NCBI RefSeq assembly: GCF_006345805.1
Contig: NC_043016.1
Span: forward strand, 7,254,001-7,318,000
Reading direction: 5' to 3'
Length of the DNA: 64,000 bases
Origin: Octopus sinensis
Taxonomy: Eukaryota
In this document: one piece after another, positions 25,324 to 37,203 of the stretch
How positions within the stretch are numbered: the first letter of the stretch is position 1
Layout: every line of letters begins with the position of its first letter
Notes under the pieces: generated by a model
What the model was told of the DNA's origin: nothing
Seen by the model: the letters and a program-made list of their open reading frames with translations, nothing else
The model's database searches: none
Program-made: the position numbers and the translations under genes

Positions 25324-25837
25324 TATTATATGTATATCTATACACACATATGTATACACATGTATACACATATATATATACACATATGTATAAATATATG
25401 TATATATATATACATGTATATATATGCACATATATATACATATATGTATACATATATACCCATATATATACATATATGTATATATATATTTTTGTATATA
25501 TATATATATTTATATATATGTATATATGTAATATATATATATATATATATATATGTACATATTCATATATGTATATATATGTATATTATATACTATGTAT
25601 ATATATTGTATACCATATATATAAATATATATATATGTATCAGATAATGCAATACAAAGTATCGCGAGGTGAAAGCTACACATTAGCGTCGTATTTTTAC
25701 GTTCGCTATTTCCAGTAAATATCGGTACTTAGTTGTGCCATTTATTTACTAATTTGTGTTTATATATATATGTATATATATACATGTATATACATTTATA
25801 TTCATATGTATATATATATAAGTATACACACATACAC

Positions 25838-25870
<33 letters not shown>

Positions 25871-26074
25871 TGTATGTATGTATGTATGTATGTATGTATG
25901 TATGTATGTATGTATGTATGTACATTTTGAACCAATGGATATGTGTCGATTAGTGTGTTGAAATGTTTAGTAGAGCACTAGCACAGTTTGGGTTACCTGG
26001 TGTCATCCACAATTGGGATATATCTCTGTTGGATCTACTTCAGGAATTCTGCAGTGTTAGTTGAGAGAATTTGT

Positions 26075-26370
26075 CTTCTGCTATAACCTTGAACCGACCA
26101 AAGCCTTGTGAGTGGATTTAGTAGACGGAAACTGAAAGAAGCCCGTCGTATATATATATATATATACATATATGTGTGTTTGTGTGTCCCCCCAACATCG
26201 CTTGACAACCGATGATGGTGTGTTTACGTCCCCATAACCTAGCGGTTCGCCTAAAGAGTCCGATAGAATAAGTACTAGGCTTACAAAGAATAAGTCCTGG
26301 GGTCAATTTGCTCGACTAAAGGCGGTGCTCCAGCATGGCCACAGTTAAATGACTGAAACTAGTAAAAGAG
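26075..26370 (+). mobile_element. SINE family 'B', 5'-truncated
   Basis: Homology to 32203-32635. Confidence 0.85.
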
Positions 26371-26804
26371 TATAAATATGCCCAAAGGTGGGGACGGTGA
26401 GCCGGCAGAATCATTAGAACGCTAGGCAAAATGCATAGCGGCATTTCGTCCGTCTTTGTGTTCTGAGTTCAAATTCTGTCGAGGTTGACTTTGCCTTTCA
26501 TCGTTTCGTGTTCGACGCAACTGACTCATCACGAACCCGAAATTGTTGCTTTTGTGGCAAAATTTGAAATCAACACAAATATCCAAAGTTATCTTATGTA
26601 TGCGGGGGTGATATCGGGCGACACCTTTCTCAAGTTTTCCATCGATGTTGGAACTGCGATTGCTCCAAGGTTATTTACAATGGAATGATCGTGAGGCTAA
26701 TGGTGTGTAATATGAAATGAATGGAGGGGAGGGGCGGGCGGTTTTTGAGAAAAAAAAAAACTGAAACTGCAAATATTGCCCAGAACCACCTTATTTGCGC
26801 GAAA

Positions 26805-27050
26805 GCGGCGAGCTGGTAGAATCGTTAGCACGCCGTGCGAAATGCATAGCCAGTATTTCGTCTGTCGTACGTTCTTGAGTTCAAATTCCACCGACCGAGG
26901 TTCGACTTTGCCTTCATCCTTTCGGGGTCGATTAAATAAGTACCAGTTACGCACTGGGCACTGGGGTCGAGATAATTCGACTTAATCCGTTTGTCTGTCC
27001 TTGTTTGTCCTCTTGTGTTTAGCCTCTTGTAGGTAGTTAAAGAAATAGGT
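26805..27050 (+). mobile_element. SINE family 'A', full-length
   Basis: cggcgagctggtagaatcgttagcacgcc ... aaagaaataggt. Confidence 0.85.
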
Positions 27051-27497
27051 AAGGAGCTTGCTTCCCGACCATATAGTTCCGGGTTCAGTCCCACTGCGTG
27101 GCACCTTAGACAAAGCTATGTGAGTGGATTTGGCAGACGGAAACTGAAAGAAACCCGTCGTATCTATTTATATATACACATTTCTAATAATAATAAATGG
27201 GTAAAGCGACTTATCCCTGTATATATAGCTATGTGCGCGCGCGCGTGTGTTATCATCACTGCTTGACAACCGGTGTTAGTTTGTTTATGTCTTCGTAAAC
27301 TAGCGGGTTCGGTAAAGGGACCTAGAGAATATATAAGACGAAGCTCTTTTCTGTTTCCATCTACCAAATACGCTCACAAATGTTTTGGTCGGCCCCGCGG
27401 CTTTAGTAGGTGACACTTGCCCAAGATGCCGCCAAGTGGGACTGAACTCAAGACAACAAGGCTGGGAAACAAGCTTTCCAGCTGCACACAGCCACAC
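27050..27497. mobile_element. Two SINE family 'B' pieces in opposite orientation
   Basis: 27050-27320 is on the + strand and 27340-27497 is on the - strand. Confidence 0.75.
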
Positions 27498-27638
27498 TTG
27501 GAGAGGACGGATGAATCGTTTTTTCAGTCCAGTGAAAAGGAAATATTAAAACAACAATACCATGTTAATTGCATTTTAAAAACAACCAATACAACTTTTA
27601 TTCAAATTAAAAATATAATCAACACATATATATATTAT

Positions 27639-27681
<43 letters not shown>

Positions 27682-27722
27682 TATGTATACACATATATAT
27701 ATATGTTACATATCTATCTATC

Positions 27723-27791
<69 letters not shown>

Positions 27792-28204
27792 CACATATAT
27801 ATATATAAACATATGTATACATATATACATATATATACATTGTATATACATTTGTGTGTGAGTAGATATATATGCATACATATATATCATATGTGGGGGT
27901 GTGTGTGTGTGTGCATTCATATATATATTCATTTCTTTTAAAAAAATCATTTCTCATGTTTTTTTTGTTTTCTTTTTTTAAATTCTCATTTGATGGAATA
28001 GATTCCAAATTACTTTGTTTGCAATAAGAATTTTTCTTTGTTGTTTTTTTTGTTGTTGTTGTTGCTTTGTTTTAGGGGCAGTTTGCTTCATAAAATTTCA
28101 TAAAATTTCAAATATCTTTGTCTCTTTGGAAAAATAAAGAGATTACTAATAATTAAAAAGTTAGTAAAGGAATGTATTCATTAGCCTTACCATTAGCTCC
28201 CTCC

Positions 28205-28243
<39 letters not shown>

Positions 28244-28261
28244 TCTCTAATTAGATCCTTG

Positions 28262-28300
<39 letters not shown>

Positions 28301-28410
28301 CTTATATATATATCTGCCGAAGCTCAATTAGATTTCGCATTTCTCCGTCTCACCACCGATTGACATCTTTCGACAATAACAGAATCCATGCATCAGCAGC
28401 GAACCTATTA

Positions 28411-29883
28411 TTAAACAGCTTCTTTGGTTTCTCGAATGATGTTTGGGCTACAGTTTGGCACCATCACATCTCCCCTGGCAGATGCTCTGGTTGTGCCGTC
28501 GTAGACCAAATTGCAATATTTCCTCTCAAGCTGAGTCAAATCCATACATTTGTTTTGAGCATCAATATCGAAGATTTTCATATAACCAGGTTTCACGTAC
28601 TCCTCTTTGATGTGTTGTTGCTGCTGCTGTTGTTGTTGTTGTGGCTGTTGATATGAAGAACTAGTTTTAGTCCCAGGATCGCTTGAGAATATATCTCCCA
28701 TGTTAGAAGCAACGGAACCGTCACCGTTTTGGTAAATATCTTTGACCTTGTTCTCATAGTAGCTATTTGCCATCACCTTCAGGGTTTCCTCTTTCATACT
28801 GTCTTTTACACTTGTAATTCCTTTTTGCTTTGTATGGTTCTCAGCCTCTTTTTGGTTCCATTGATTTTCACGTAAACTAATTAGGTTTTCGATCATCAAT
28901 TTCAGTCTGTTAGGAGTCGAATTCTCTTCTGCGATGCTTTTTAATTGAATGAAATACACATCCATTTTAAACTTCTTTCCCGTATCAAGTCTCTCACCAA
29001 TTGTATTGAACAACAGACACACACTTTCCAAACTATTCTCTGATAAAGACTGAAGCATCTTTTTAATATATTTCTGCATCGTGTTTTCCCTCAACACACC
29101 AAGTTTAAACAATTCACAAAGAAACCGAACGTTTGCTTGTGATTTCCTTTTGAAAATTTCAATATCCTTCACAAGTTCCTTTTGAAATTTCAGTTTTTCT
29201 ATATTGTTGTCGGTGTCTTCAATTTGCTGCAATTTCTTATTCAACATTGCTTCTTCAACTTGGTATTTTTCGAATTCCTTTTGACATTTCTTATTAAGAA
29301 CTTTATGGACATTCACCACTTCCTTGTGGCAGTGAATTGATGGAACTCTCTTCAAAGTCAGACACCGACATACGTAAGCATACGCCGTAGAAAGCATCGG
29401 ATCACTCGTTGCCTTTTCAAACAAAAGATTCATGATAGCTACCAATTTACTCTCTTTATCAATTTGAATATCACGTATCTGTGATAAAACGGATTTATAT
29501 TTTTCCGGTGCTAGTCTGCTTGCAATATTCTTCATTTTCGTATTAAGTTCTTCGTCCTCCGAATCATTCACATATTCATCCACAGATTTCATATTCTTAG
29601 AACATTTAAACGGTATGATGTCTCGCCGTATTTTGTTGTATTTAAGTTGCTTCGGAATTTGTGGTTTCTTGAATAATATTTCCGGTAAGTCTGGAAGTCC
29701 AACAGGTTTGGTGAGGGAAGCTTCTTTATATTGTAACTTAAGAATGAAGTCTCGGTCATATTTTAGTCTTATCTGTGAGGGTAATGGAGTTCTTTGAGTT
29801 GCTTCTTGCGTTTCTTCAGTCGACGATACATTACTGTTTGGGTAAGAATATGCATTTTCAGATGGTGAGTTCGAAAATGGCAT
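28411..29883 (-). CDS. Compact intronless eIF4G-like protein (eIF4E-binding-like motif plus MIF4G/HEAT-1 domain), 490 aa
   Basis: Uninterrupted non-repetitive ORF. KYDRDFILKLQ...SLTKPVGLP matches eIF4G RYDREFLL...SMQKPEGLP. Residues about 112-342 align with the eIF4G MIF4G domain (LLFEKATSDP..S.AYA.VCRCL; KCQKEFEK; NVRFLCELFKL; SLESVCLLFNTIGERLD; MDVYF; LRENQW). No MA3 or W2 domain is present. Confidence 0.92.
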   Translation of the reverse strand: MPFSNSPSENAYSYPNSNVSSTEETQEATQRTPLPSQIRLKYDRDFILKLQYKEASLTKPVGLPDLPEILFKKPQIPKQLKYNKIRRDIIPFKCSKNMKSVDEYVNDSEDEELNTKMKNIASRLAPEKYKSVLSQIRDIQIDKESKLVAIMNLLFEKATSDPMLSTAYAYVCRCLTLKRVPSIHCHKEVVNVHKVLNKKCQKEFEKYQVEEAMLNKKLQQIEDTDNNIEKLKFQKELVKDIEIFKRKSQANVRFLCELFKLGVLRENTMQKYIKKMLQSLSENSLESVCLLFNTIGERLDTGKKFKMDVYFIQLKSIAEENSTPNRLKLMIENLISLRENQWNQKEAENHTKQKGITSVKDSMKEETLKVMANSYYENKVKDIYQNGDGSVASNMGDIFSSDPGTKTSSSYQQPQQQQQQQQQHIKEEYVKPGYMKIFDIDAQNKCMDLTQLERKYCNLVYDGTTRASARGDVMVPNCSPNIIRETKEAV

Positions 29884-29978
29884 AATTTCTCCAATTGTTT
29901 ATAAGACTAAAATCGTAAAATGTTTGTCGATGATGTTACAGTTATAGTAGAAACCAAACGCTATTCAGTCCTGTAACT

Positions 29979-29990
29979 AATATATATAAA
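29979..29990 (-). promoter_or_regulatory. Possible TATA box about 95 nt upstream of the eIF4G-like ATG
   Basis: The - strand reads tttatatatatt. Support is weak because TA runs are everywhere in this window. Confidence 0.2.
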
Positions 29991-30808
29991 CACGGTCAAA
30001 GTATTATTATTACTAAATAAATAAAAATAATGCGACGGTTGTTAATATTATACGATAATTATGATTGTTTTTGTTGCTGGAATTTCAAAATGTTAGAAAT
30101 AACTCTCGTTGTTATTGTCGTTATTATTGTTACTGTACTATTGTAATAATTATTTTTTTTCTCTTCTTTTTTCAGATATATTTTGTTGTCAGGTTTTGAT
30201 ACAGATAAAATGTTTAACCGTGAGAGAGACAGGAAACGAATGCCAAAATCTTATCTCGTCGACACCATTAATAAACAAGAAATAAAGAAATCATTATTGT
30301 TATTGTTATTACTATTGTGTCATATATATATATACGTATATATATCAAACCATTTCTTTTCGACTTACATACCTCTTGCTTTGCCTTGAAAATTTGAAAT
30401 GAGACATTCAGCGTTCTTTCCCGAGTTAACGTATGGACGAGTCCATTTTCTATTTTATCCTATTTTATTTTTAGGGGAACGTGGAATGTACATGAAATTA
30501 ACTGACGCACGCCCACACACATACGTATACATACATACATACATACACACATACATACACACATACATACATTAACGTGAACACGCGCACACATACACAC
30601 ACGTAGTCCTATGACGTCCAGAAAATAAAATTCGAATTCTGTTAGATTTCTGAAGAATTCACGTGAGGTTCTTCAACTGTGTGTGCACGTGCATGCGCAT
30701 GCGCTGCGTAAATTTCTCTCACTAACTTACTCATTCTCTCGTTCTCTTTCCTCTCTACATGCTCGTACATACATACATACAAACATACATACATACACAC
30801 ACACACAC

Positions 30809-30850
<42 letters not shown>

Positions 30851-30880
30851 TGGAGGAGAGTACATATGCAGGTACATACA

Positions 30881-30912
<32 letters not shown>

Positions 30913-31254
30913 CGTGTGTGTGTGTGTGTGTGTGCAATGGAGGAGAGTACATATGTACGTACATACATTCATACATACATATATATATGCATACACGCAC
31001 TCACATATACAGAGGTATATAATATGAATGCATGTATAAAAATATATATACACGTATGTATATGTGTGTCTATATATATGTGTGTGTGTAGGTGCATTTA
31101 TATATACACTCGCGCGCATACACACACATACATGCACACACGTAGACATCAATGCATTACATCTGCTTGCATGTAGTGAATATTTTAAAATCTTGTTTTA
31201 TACTCTCAAAGTTCCACACATTATTTATACGCATGCATATACATACATGCACAT

Positions 31255-31285
<31 letters not shown>

Positions 31286-31345
31286 CACACAATAATAATT
31301 ACATACGTGTGTAGCGTGGGCAGAACGAGAAAGAGCTGGAGAAAT

Positions 31346-31773
31346 GGATCTTTTCGATTTGAACGGCAGTTTTTTCTAGCGGTGTCATATGAAATTGTCA
31401 CACGTAATTATGACCCTAGTATCGATCTACTGCATTTCAATATGTTTTAGGGCTAGGGTTAGGGTTAGGGGTGGGGGGAAGGGTATCTTTTTTTCTTCAC
31501 AAATGTAAATAAACCCAATCTGTTTCTTAATCGAGGGATATATTCATACAGCACAGAATGTTTTTCACCTCAATAGACGTCACTGATTGGTTGAAATTGC
31601 AGAAATTGAAGAAAAAAAAAACCAACAAATATCTTACAAACTATAGAATTTTCTCAATAAAGCCAAGAGAAAAAGATGTTTTATAAACACATTCTACCAG
31701 TATACGAAGTTTAAAAGTGTTTAGGTACCTAGAAATTATGTTAAAAAAACTGCCGTTCAAACCGAAAAGATCC
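31346..31773 (-). mobile_element. Merlin-like MITE with internal TTAGGG repeats
   Basis: GGATC...GATCC TIRs with a perfect 8-bp TSD ggagaaat. It is an inverted copy of 17642-18055. Confidence 0.9.
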
Positions 31774-32202
31774 GGAGAAATTGCTCTGCAGTATTCATCA
31801 CAACAGTTGGTACTCTGAGTTCAAATTCCTTGGTGGTCAGCTCTATCTCTCATCCCTCCAGGATCGATAACATAAATTCTGTCAAATTCTGAAGTCATAT
31901 AATCGGCATTAACACCTACCTCAAATAGCGGCCCTTGTATATAACAGAAGCGCATATTACTTTTCTTACTAAGGTGACATCTTGACAAAATCGTTAGAGT
32001 GTTGGACAAAATTCTTAGAGGTATTTCTTCCGATAATGTACGTTCTGAATTCACATATCGCCGAGTTCGATTTTGTTTTTCTTCCTTTCGGGTTCGATAA
32101 AATAAATACCAGGGTCAATGTAATCGACTGGTCTTCCTTCTAAAAAAAATAATAGTGGCTTGGCGCTAAAATTTGAAATCATCATTATATATATATATAT
32201 AA

Positions 32203-32365
32203 TGCGCAGGAGTGGTTGTGTGGTAAGTAGCTTGCATACCAACCACATGGTTCCGGGTTCAGTCCCACTGCGTGGCACCTTGGGCAAGTGTCTTCTACTA
32301 TAGCCTCAGACCGACCAAAGCCTTGTGAGTGGATTTGGTTGACGGAAACTGAAAGAATCCCGTCG

Positions 32366-32403
<38 letters not shown>

Positions 32404-32635
32404 GTGGTGTGTGTGTGCGTGCGTGCGTGTATGTTTGTGTGTCTGTGTTTGTCCCCCTAGCATTGCTTGACAACCGATGCTGGTGTGTTTATGTCCCCGT
32501 AACTTAGCGGTTCGGCAAAAGAGACAAATAGAATAAGTACTGGGCTTACAAAGAATAAGTCCCGGGGTCGAGTTGCTCGACTAAAGGCGGTGCTCCAGCA
32601 TGGCCGCAGTCAACTGACTGAAACAAGTAAAAGAA
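32203..32635 (+). mobile_element. tRNA-derived SINE family 'B' (CORE-like), full-length
   Basis: A-box-like tggttgtgtggt, B-box gggttcagtcc, a ccttgggcaagt CORE-like motif, an internal (TA)/(TG) tract and a tgactgaaacaagtaaaaga tail. Confidence 0.9.
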
Positions 32636-32642
32636 AAAAAAA

Positions 32643-33237
32643 TCACCGTGATCATCGTGACCGACCAGGCTATCAGATGTTGCTACACATCGCTGGTCAC
32701 AATGCGCTTCGATGTTTTGCAAACAGCTTGCACATGCAAGTGCTACCTGTCAAAAACTTCGCATACCGGAAGCCAGCAAGTATATGGGGTCATCAGGAGA
32801 GAATGTGCGCCGTTTCGGGGCACATTCAGTGCGCACCGGCCCCACCTCACTGATATAAGGCCCCGCTCGCTAGATCAGCTGGTTATCAAGTTAAGTTCAA
32901 TATCCTTCTAGCCATCGCTCATCGTCTCTTTTTAACCGAATCCAGTGGCTAGCCTTCTCCACTGTAGATTGGATATCGGTCATGGTGGTATTGGCTTTAC
33001 GATGAGTTAGGCCTAGCGATAATGACGCCACCCCGCTGGCTAAGCGAGCAGGCCAACAGAAGAAAGAATGAGAGAAAGTTGTGGCGAAAGAGTACAGCAG
33101 GGATCGCCACCACTCCCTACCGGAGTCTCGTGGAGCTTTGGGTGTTTTCGCTCAATAAACACACAACGCCTGGTCTGGGAATCAAAACCGTGATCATACG
33201 ACCACGAGCTCGCTGCCCTAACCCCTGGGCAATTGGC
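32643..33237 (-). mobile_element. SINE family 'E' interrupted by an approximately 300-bp insertion (32719-33021)
   Basis: The flanks are contiguous in the copy at 11071-11260. Confidence 0.7.
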
Positions 33238-33267
33238 CACACACACACAGACACACAGACACACAGA

Positions 33268-33299
<32 letters not shown>

Positions 33300-33607
33300 T
33301 ATATATACAACTGAGAATGTTTGTCTGTCTGTGTGTGGTCATCACTAAAACTCGAGAATTACCCTACCGATTTCATTCAAATTTTACACATGCCATACTT
33401 AGGGTCCATGCAGTGTCATGGGCCCATAACATTTTCAAATTCTTGCCTAATGCGAGCCCGGAGCAATCTCTTATCTCTTACACTATTTCAACATTACCTG
33501 TCAAAAGTGAAACAATAACATCTCTATTGTAATGTATCACGCTACTTTCAGTTTTACTAGTTTCACTGTTAAAACTGAAAGTAGCGTGATACTAACCACA
33601 AAAGTAA

Positions 33608-33970
33608 CGTGGTAAGTAGCTTGCTTACCAACCACACGGTTCCGGGTTCAGTCCCACTGCATGGCACCTTGGGCAAGTGTATTTTACTATAACCTCGGCC
33701 CCACCAAAATCTCGTGAATGGATTTGGTAGACGGAAATATATATATATGTATATATATATACGTTTATATATATGTATGTATATGTATATACATATGTAT
33801 ACATATATGTATATATATATACGTTTGTGTGTCTGTGTTTGTCCTCCCACCATCACTTGACAACCGATGTTGGTGTGTTTTACATCCCCATAAATTAGCG
33901 GTTCGGCAAAAGTATTCGATAGAATAACTACTAGGCTTACTAAGAATAAGTCTTGGAGTCGATCTGTTCG
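33608..33970 (+). mobile_element. SINE family 'B'
   Basis: Homology to 32203-32635. Confidence 0.85.
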
Positions 33971-34190
33971 CATATATATATATATATATATTATATAATA
34001 TATAAAAGTAAATAAATGGTACAACGAAGCACCGATATTTACTGGAAAATAGCGAACGTAATAAATACGACGCTAATGTATAGCTTCACTGCGTATGTAC
34101 TAGTAAAGATGCGTGTGTGCAACAAACATGAAAAAAATTGTCTTACCTCTAGGAAGAACATCTGAAAAATGAAAAACCTAGAAACGGATA

Positions 34191-34262
34191 ATGCAGGACC
34201 GGTTTCAGACTCTTCAAAATACGTTTGCCAACGTATATTTAATTTGTCTTCATCAGCTGCAT
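34191..34262 (-). ncRNA. Minimal type I hammerhead ribozyme motif
   Basis: The - strand reads AUGCAG-CUGAUGA-AGAC[loop]GUCU-GAAAC-CG-GUC-CUGCAU. It has a 6-bp stem I, an intact core, a 4-bp stem II, palindromic stem III (ACCGGU) and a GUC cleavage triplet. Confidence 0.8.
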
Positions 34263-34401
34263 ATACCTCGACAACATTTCAAATGTTGCCACATCTATGC
34301 CAGTACACTCGTCTGAACGCCAAAACGTTAACAGAACGAGAACAGTGAAGAAGTTTCAATGAAAATAGTAATGCAATACGAGAGTATTGCTTTCTAGTAA
34401 A

Positions 34402-34442
<41 letters not shown>

Positions 34443-36277
34443 CACACATACACAACACATACACACACACACACCATATATATATGTATGTATGTAATGT
34501 TGTATGTATGTATGTATGTAAGTATGTATGTATGTATGTATGTATGTATGTATGTATGTATGTATGTGTGTTTGTACCCACACCATCGCTTGACAACCGA
34601 TGTTGCTGTGTTTACGTCCCCATAATTTAGACGTTTGGCAAAACAAACTGATAGAATAAGTACTAGGCTTACAAAGAATAAATCCTGGGGTCGATTTATC
34701 CGACTAAAGGCGGTGCACTAGCATGGCGGCAATCACATGACCAAAACAAGTAGAAGAATAAAAAAATTACGCCATTTAATTCCCAATCAACGCCGGGTAT
34801 CTCAGCTAGTTATTCATTAAAGCAGGCGATCCGCTTGTTTTCTTTTTCTTTCTTTTCTATCAGTATGGAAGAGTGTGCTGTATAAGTGCAAGCGACCTAC
34901 AACGTACATCTACTGGGTTGTTGGGTAAATGACCACAGAAGAAACTGTACGGTATCTTGCATTCGGTCAGTTAGGTTTACTTTCGCTTCCCACTTCTGTA
35001 TGTGTTAAAGTAAAAGACTTCCTGTTGGAGGACAACCACTTCCTTTTTTATAGAACTGCGAATTCTCCCCTTTCTGCCTGTTGTTGTAGACTTCTTATTT
35101 CTTTACTGCCCACAAGGGGCTAAACATAGAGGGGACAAACAAGAACAAACAAAGGGGTTAAGTCGATTATATCGACCCCAGTGCGTAACTGGTACTTAAT
35201 TTATCGACCCCGAAAGGATGAAAGGCAAAGAAGATTGTCTATTCATGATGCTAATGAAAATACCGATTAAAATCTCCTTTTAAAGTGTTCCCTTTTTTTA
35301 ACGAGTCCTATCTATGTCTTCCTGCAACTTGAATTGTGGTCACATGAAGTTGTTTGTGTAACTCCTTGTTGAATAATGCTTCTTCATGTTCTAGTAATTC
35401 TCGTTTTTCTTGTTTTTCCCTGCAATCACCGAGTTCAAATTCCGCCGTGATCGATATTGTTTGTGATCCTTTCGGGGTCGATAAAATGAGTAGCAGTTGA
35501 GCATTGGAGTTGATGCAGTCGAGTGTCCCCTTATCCTCAATTTCAGGCGTGCCCAATATTTTCTAATTTTTGACATAAGACCAGCAATCACATCTGCTCC
35601 AGTAACTGATTGGCATATTCGTACCCACAAAAGCTGAAAGGCAAAGTTGGCCTTGGAGTGATTTGAACTCAGAACCTAAATATTCGGAACAAATACTGCG
35701 AACAATATATTTTTTCCGACGCTTTGACGTTTCTGCCAGCATAACAGCAACAATACAACCAATCATAACAACACAGTCATTTGTTAGCGTTATGAATTGT
35801 CTGGGAGAAGGTGAAAGGAAAGGAGCAAGTAAAGGCCTTGTAGACCTGTCCAGGTATTTCCAAATATCTGACAGCTTTTATCTTGAAACTTTAGTGCGTT
35901 AATGTGGACAAATCGCACCGAATCTTTCTGTTGGTACTTAAAATTTTGAAGTAAGTCGATAGGATTTAAGGTCAAGTTGTCCACAGATTCGTGAAGTTGA
36001 CTACACTGACCACAACATCGTGATATATTAAATCAACCAAGAGAGGACCAAGAGGCAGGAGCTCATAACTAGAAGCCGAACGCATCATTCTCCGCGCATA
36101 AAGTTGTCAAAGACCGGATGACGGAATTGGTTCAGTAGGAAATGACATAGGGCGTCAGGTAGTGGGGTCTCGCTAAATAGAAAGATGCACTTTCGTAGCT
36201 TTTTTTTGAAAGAAGTAGCGGCAGAGATCATTAGAGAAGAGGAGGAGCTGGTAAATCAGTCAGTAAATCAATCAGTC

Positions 36278-36691
36278 AAACCAATTCTACTATATGGCTC
36301 AGAAACCTGGACGTTATCTAAGAAGCTTGAGAGGCGGTTGGATGTAACTTACACTCGCCTCCTTATGAGAGCTCAAAATCTCTCGTGGAAGCGTCATCCA
36401 ACCAAAGTACAAATATATGGGAAACTACCACCTGTGTCATCTCTTGTGAAAGGTAGAAGAGTCCAGTTTGCTGGACATTGTTGTAGAGATGAAAACGAGG
36501 TAATTTCTTCTCTTCTCCTCTGGAAGCCATCTGCTCGCGATGCCAGAGGGCGCACACTCTCCTACCCTGATGTAATCTCCAGGGATACAGGCTTCCAGCA
36601 ACAGGACCTCCGTAATGCTATGATGGACCGTGAAGTCTGGTGTAAAATAGTAAATTCCATTGTCTCGACCACGGTCGAACAATGATGGTGA
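36278..36691 (+). mobile_element. RTE-clade LINE, 5'-truncated 3' end with an open frame
   Basis: PILLYGSETWTLSKKLERRLD...LLMRAQNLSWKRH...RRVQFAGHCCR...LLLW...AMMDREVW is a typical RTE ORF C-terminus. Confidence 0.9.
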
Positions 36692-37203
36692 GAGATGCAT
36701 GGGAGAAGCATCACAAATAATGTACTAGCGCTGAGAATGGCCCTCGACCATTTTATCGCCTCGGAACACGAAAGATGTATTTCTCGTGTCATAGCACGTA
36801 CGCCGAAACGCAAGAGCACGAGAGCCGTTTGATGAGCCTATGTGGCAGACATATAATATAGCAACAAAGCCACTATCCAGTCTTTTACGGGTCACAATTC
36901 TCTTGCTATCCAATTCCAATAAAATATCTACTGCTTTCCGAGAACATTTGACCGAATGAAGAGCGTCGCTGTGGAGATAGTGAACTTCGACGCCTACTTC
37001 GACGGCCTACCGCGACTCTCAACCAGGAATGAAGGATGAAAAGCCGACTTCAGCAGACGAAATGATCACTAGCTGTGGAGACAAATCATCAAAGGTTGAT
37101 GGCCTGCCACACTAACCATATTATTAAATAGCAGACGTATTCGCTTCTGCCTTATTTGTTGTCATTGCAACAAGCAGAACACTGGAAACTGGATGGTAGT
37201 GAC

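Larger units (their letters stand above)
33300..34809 (+). mobile_element. Probable Helitron-like element with nested cargo
   Basis: The 5' region atatacaactg...tgtctgtctgtgtg resembles other copies. The 3' end is ccc...caacgccgggtatctcagCTAG|T. Confidence 0.5.

Noticed and set aside
32745-32800. Hammerhead-like ctgatga...cgaag on the - strand
   Set aside because: It has GAAG in place of GAAA, an unpaired stem II base and no stem I partner.
36185-36685. 166-aa ORF as a host gene
   Set aside because: It is a 5'-truncated RTE LINE C-terminus with a fortuitous upstream ATG. Further copies lie at 3680 and 46491.
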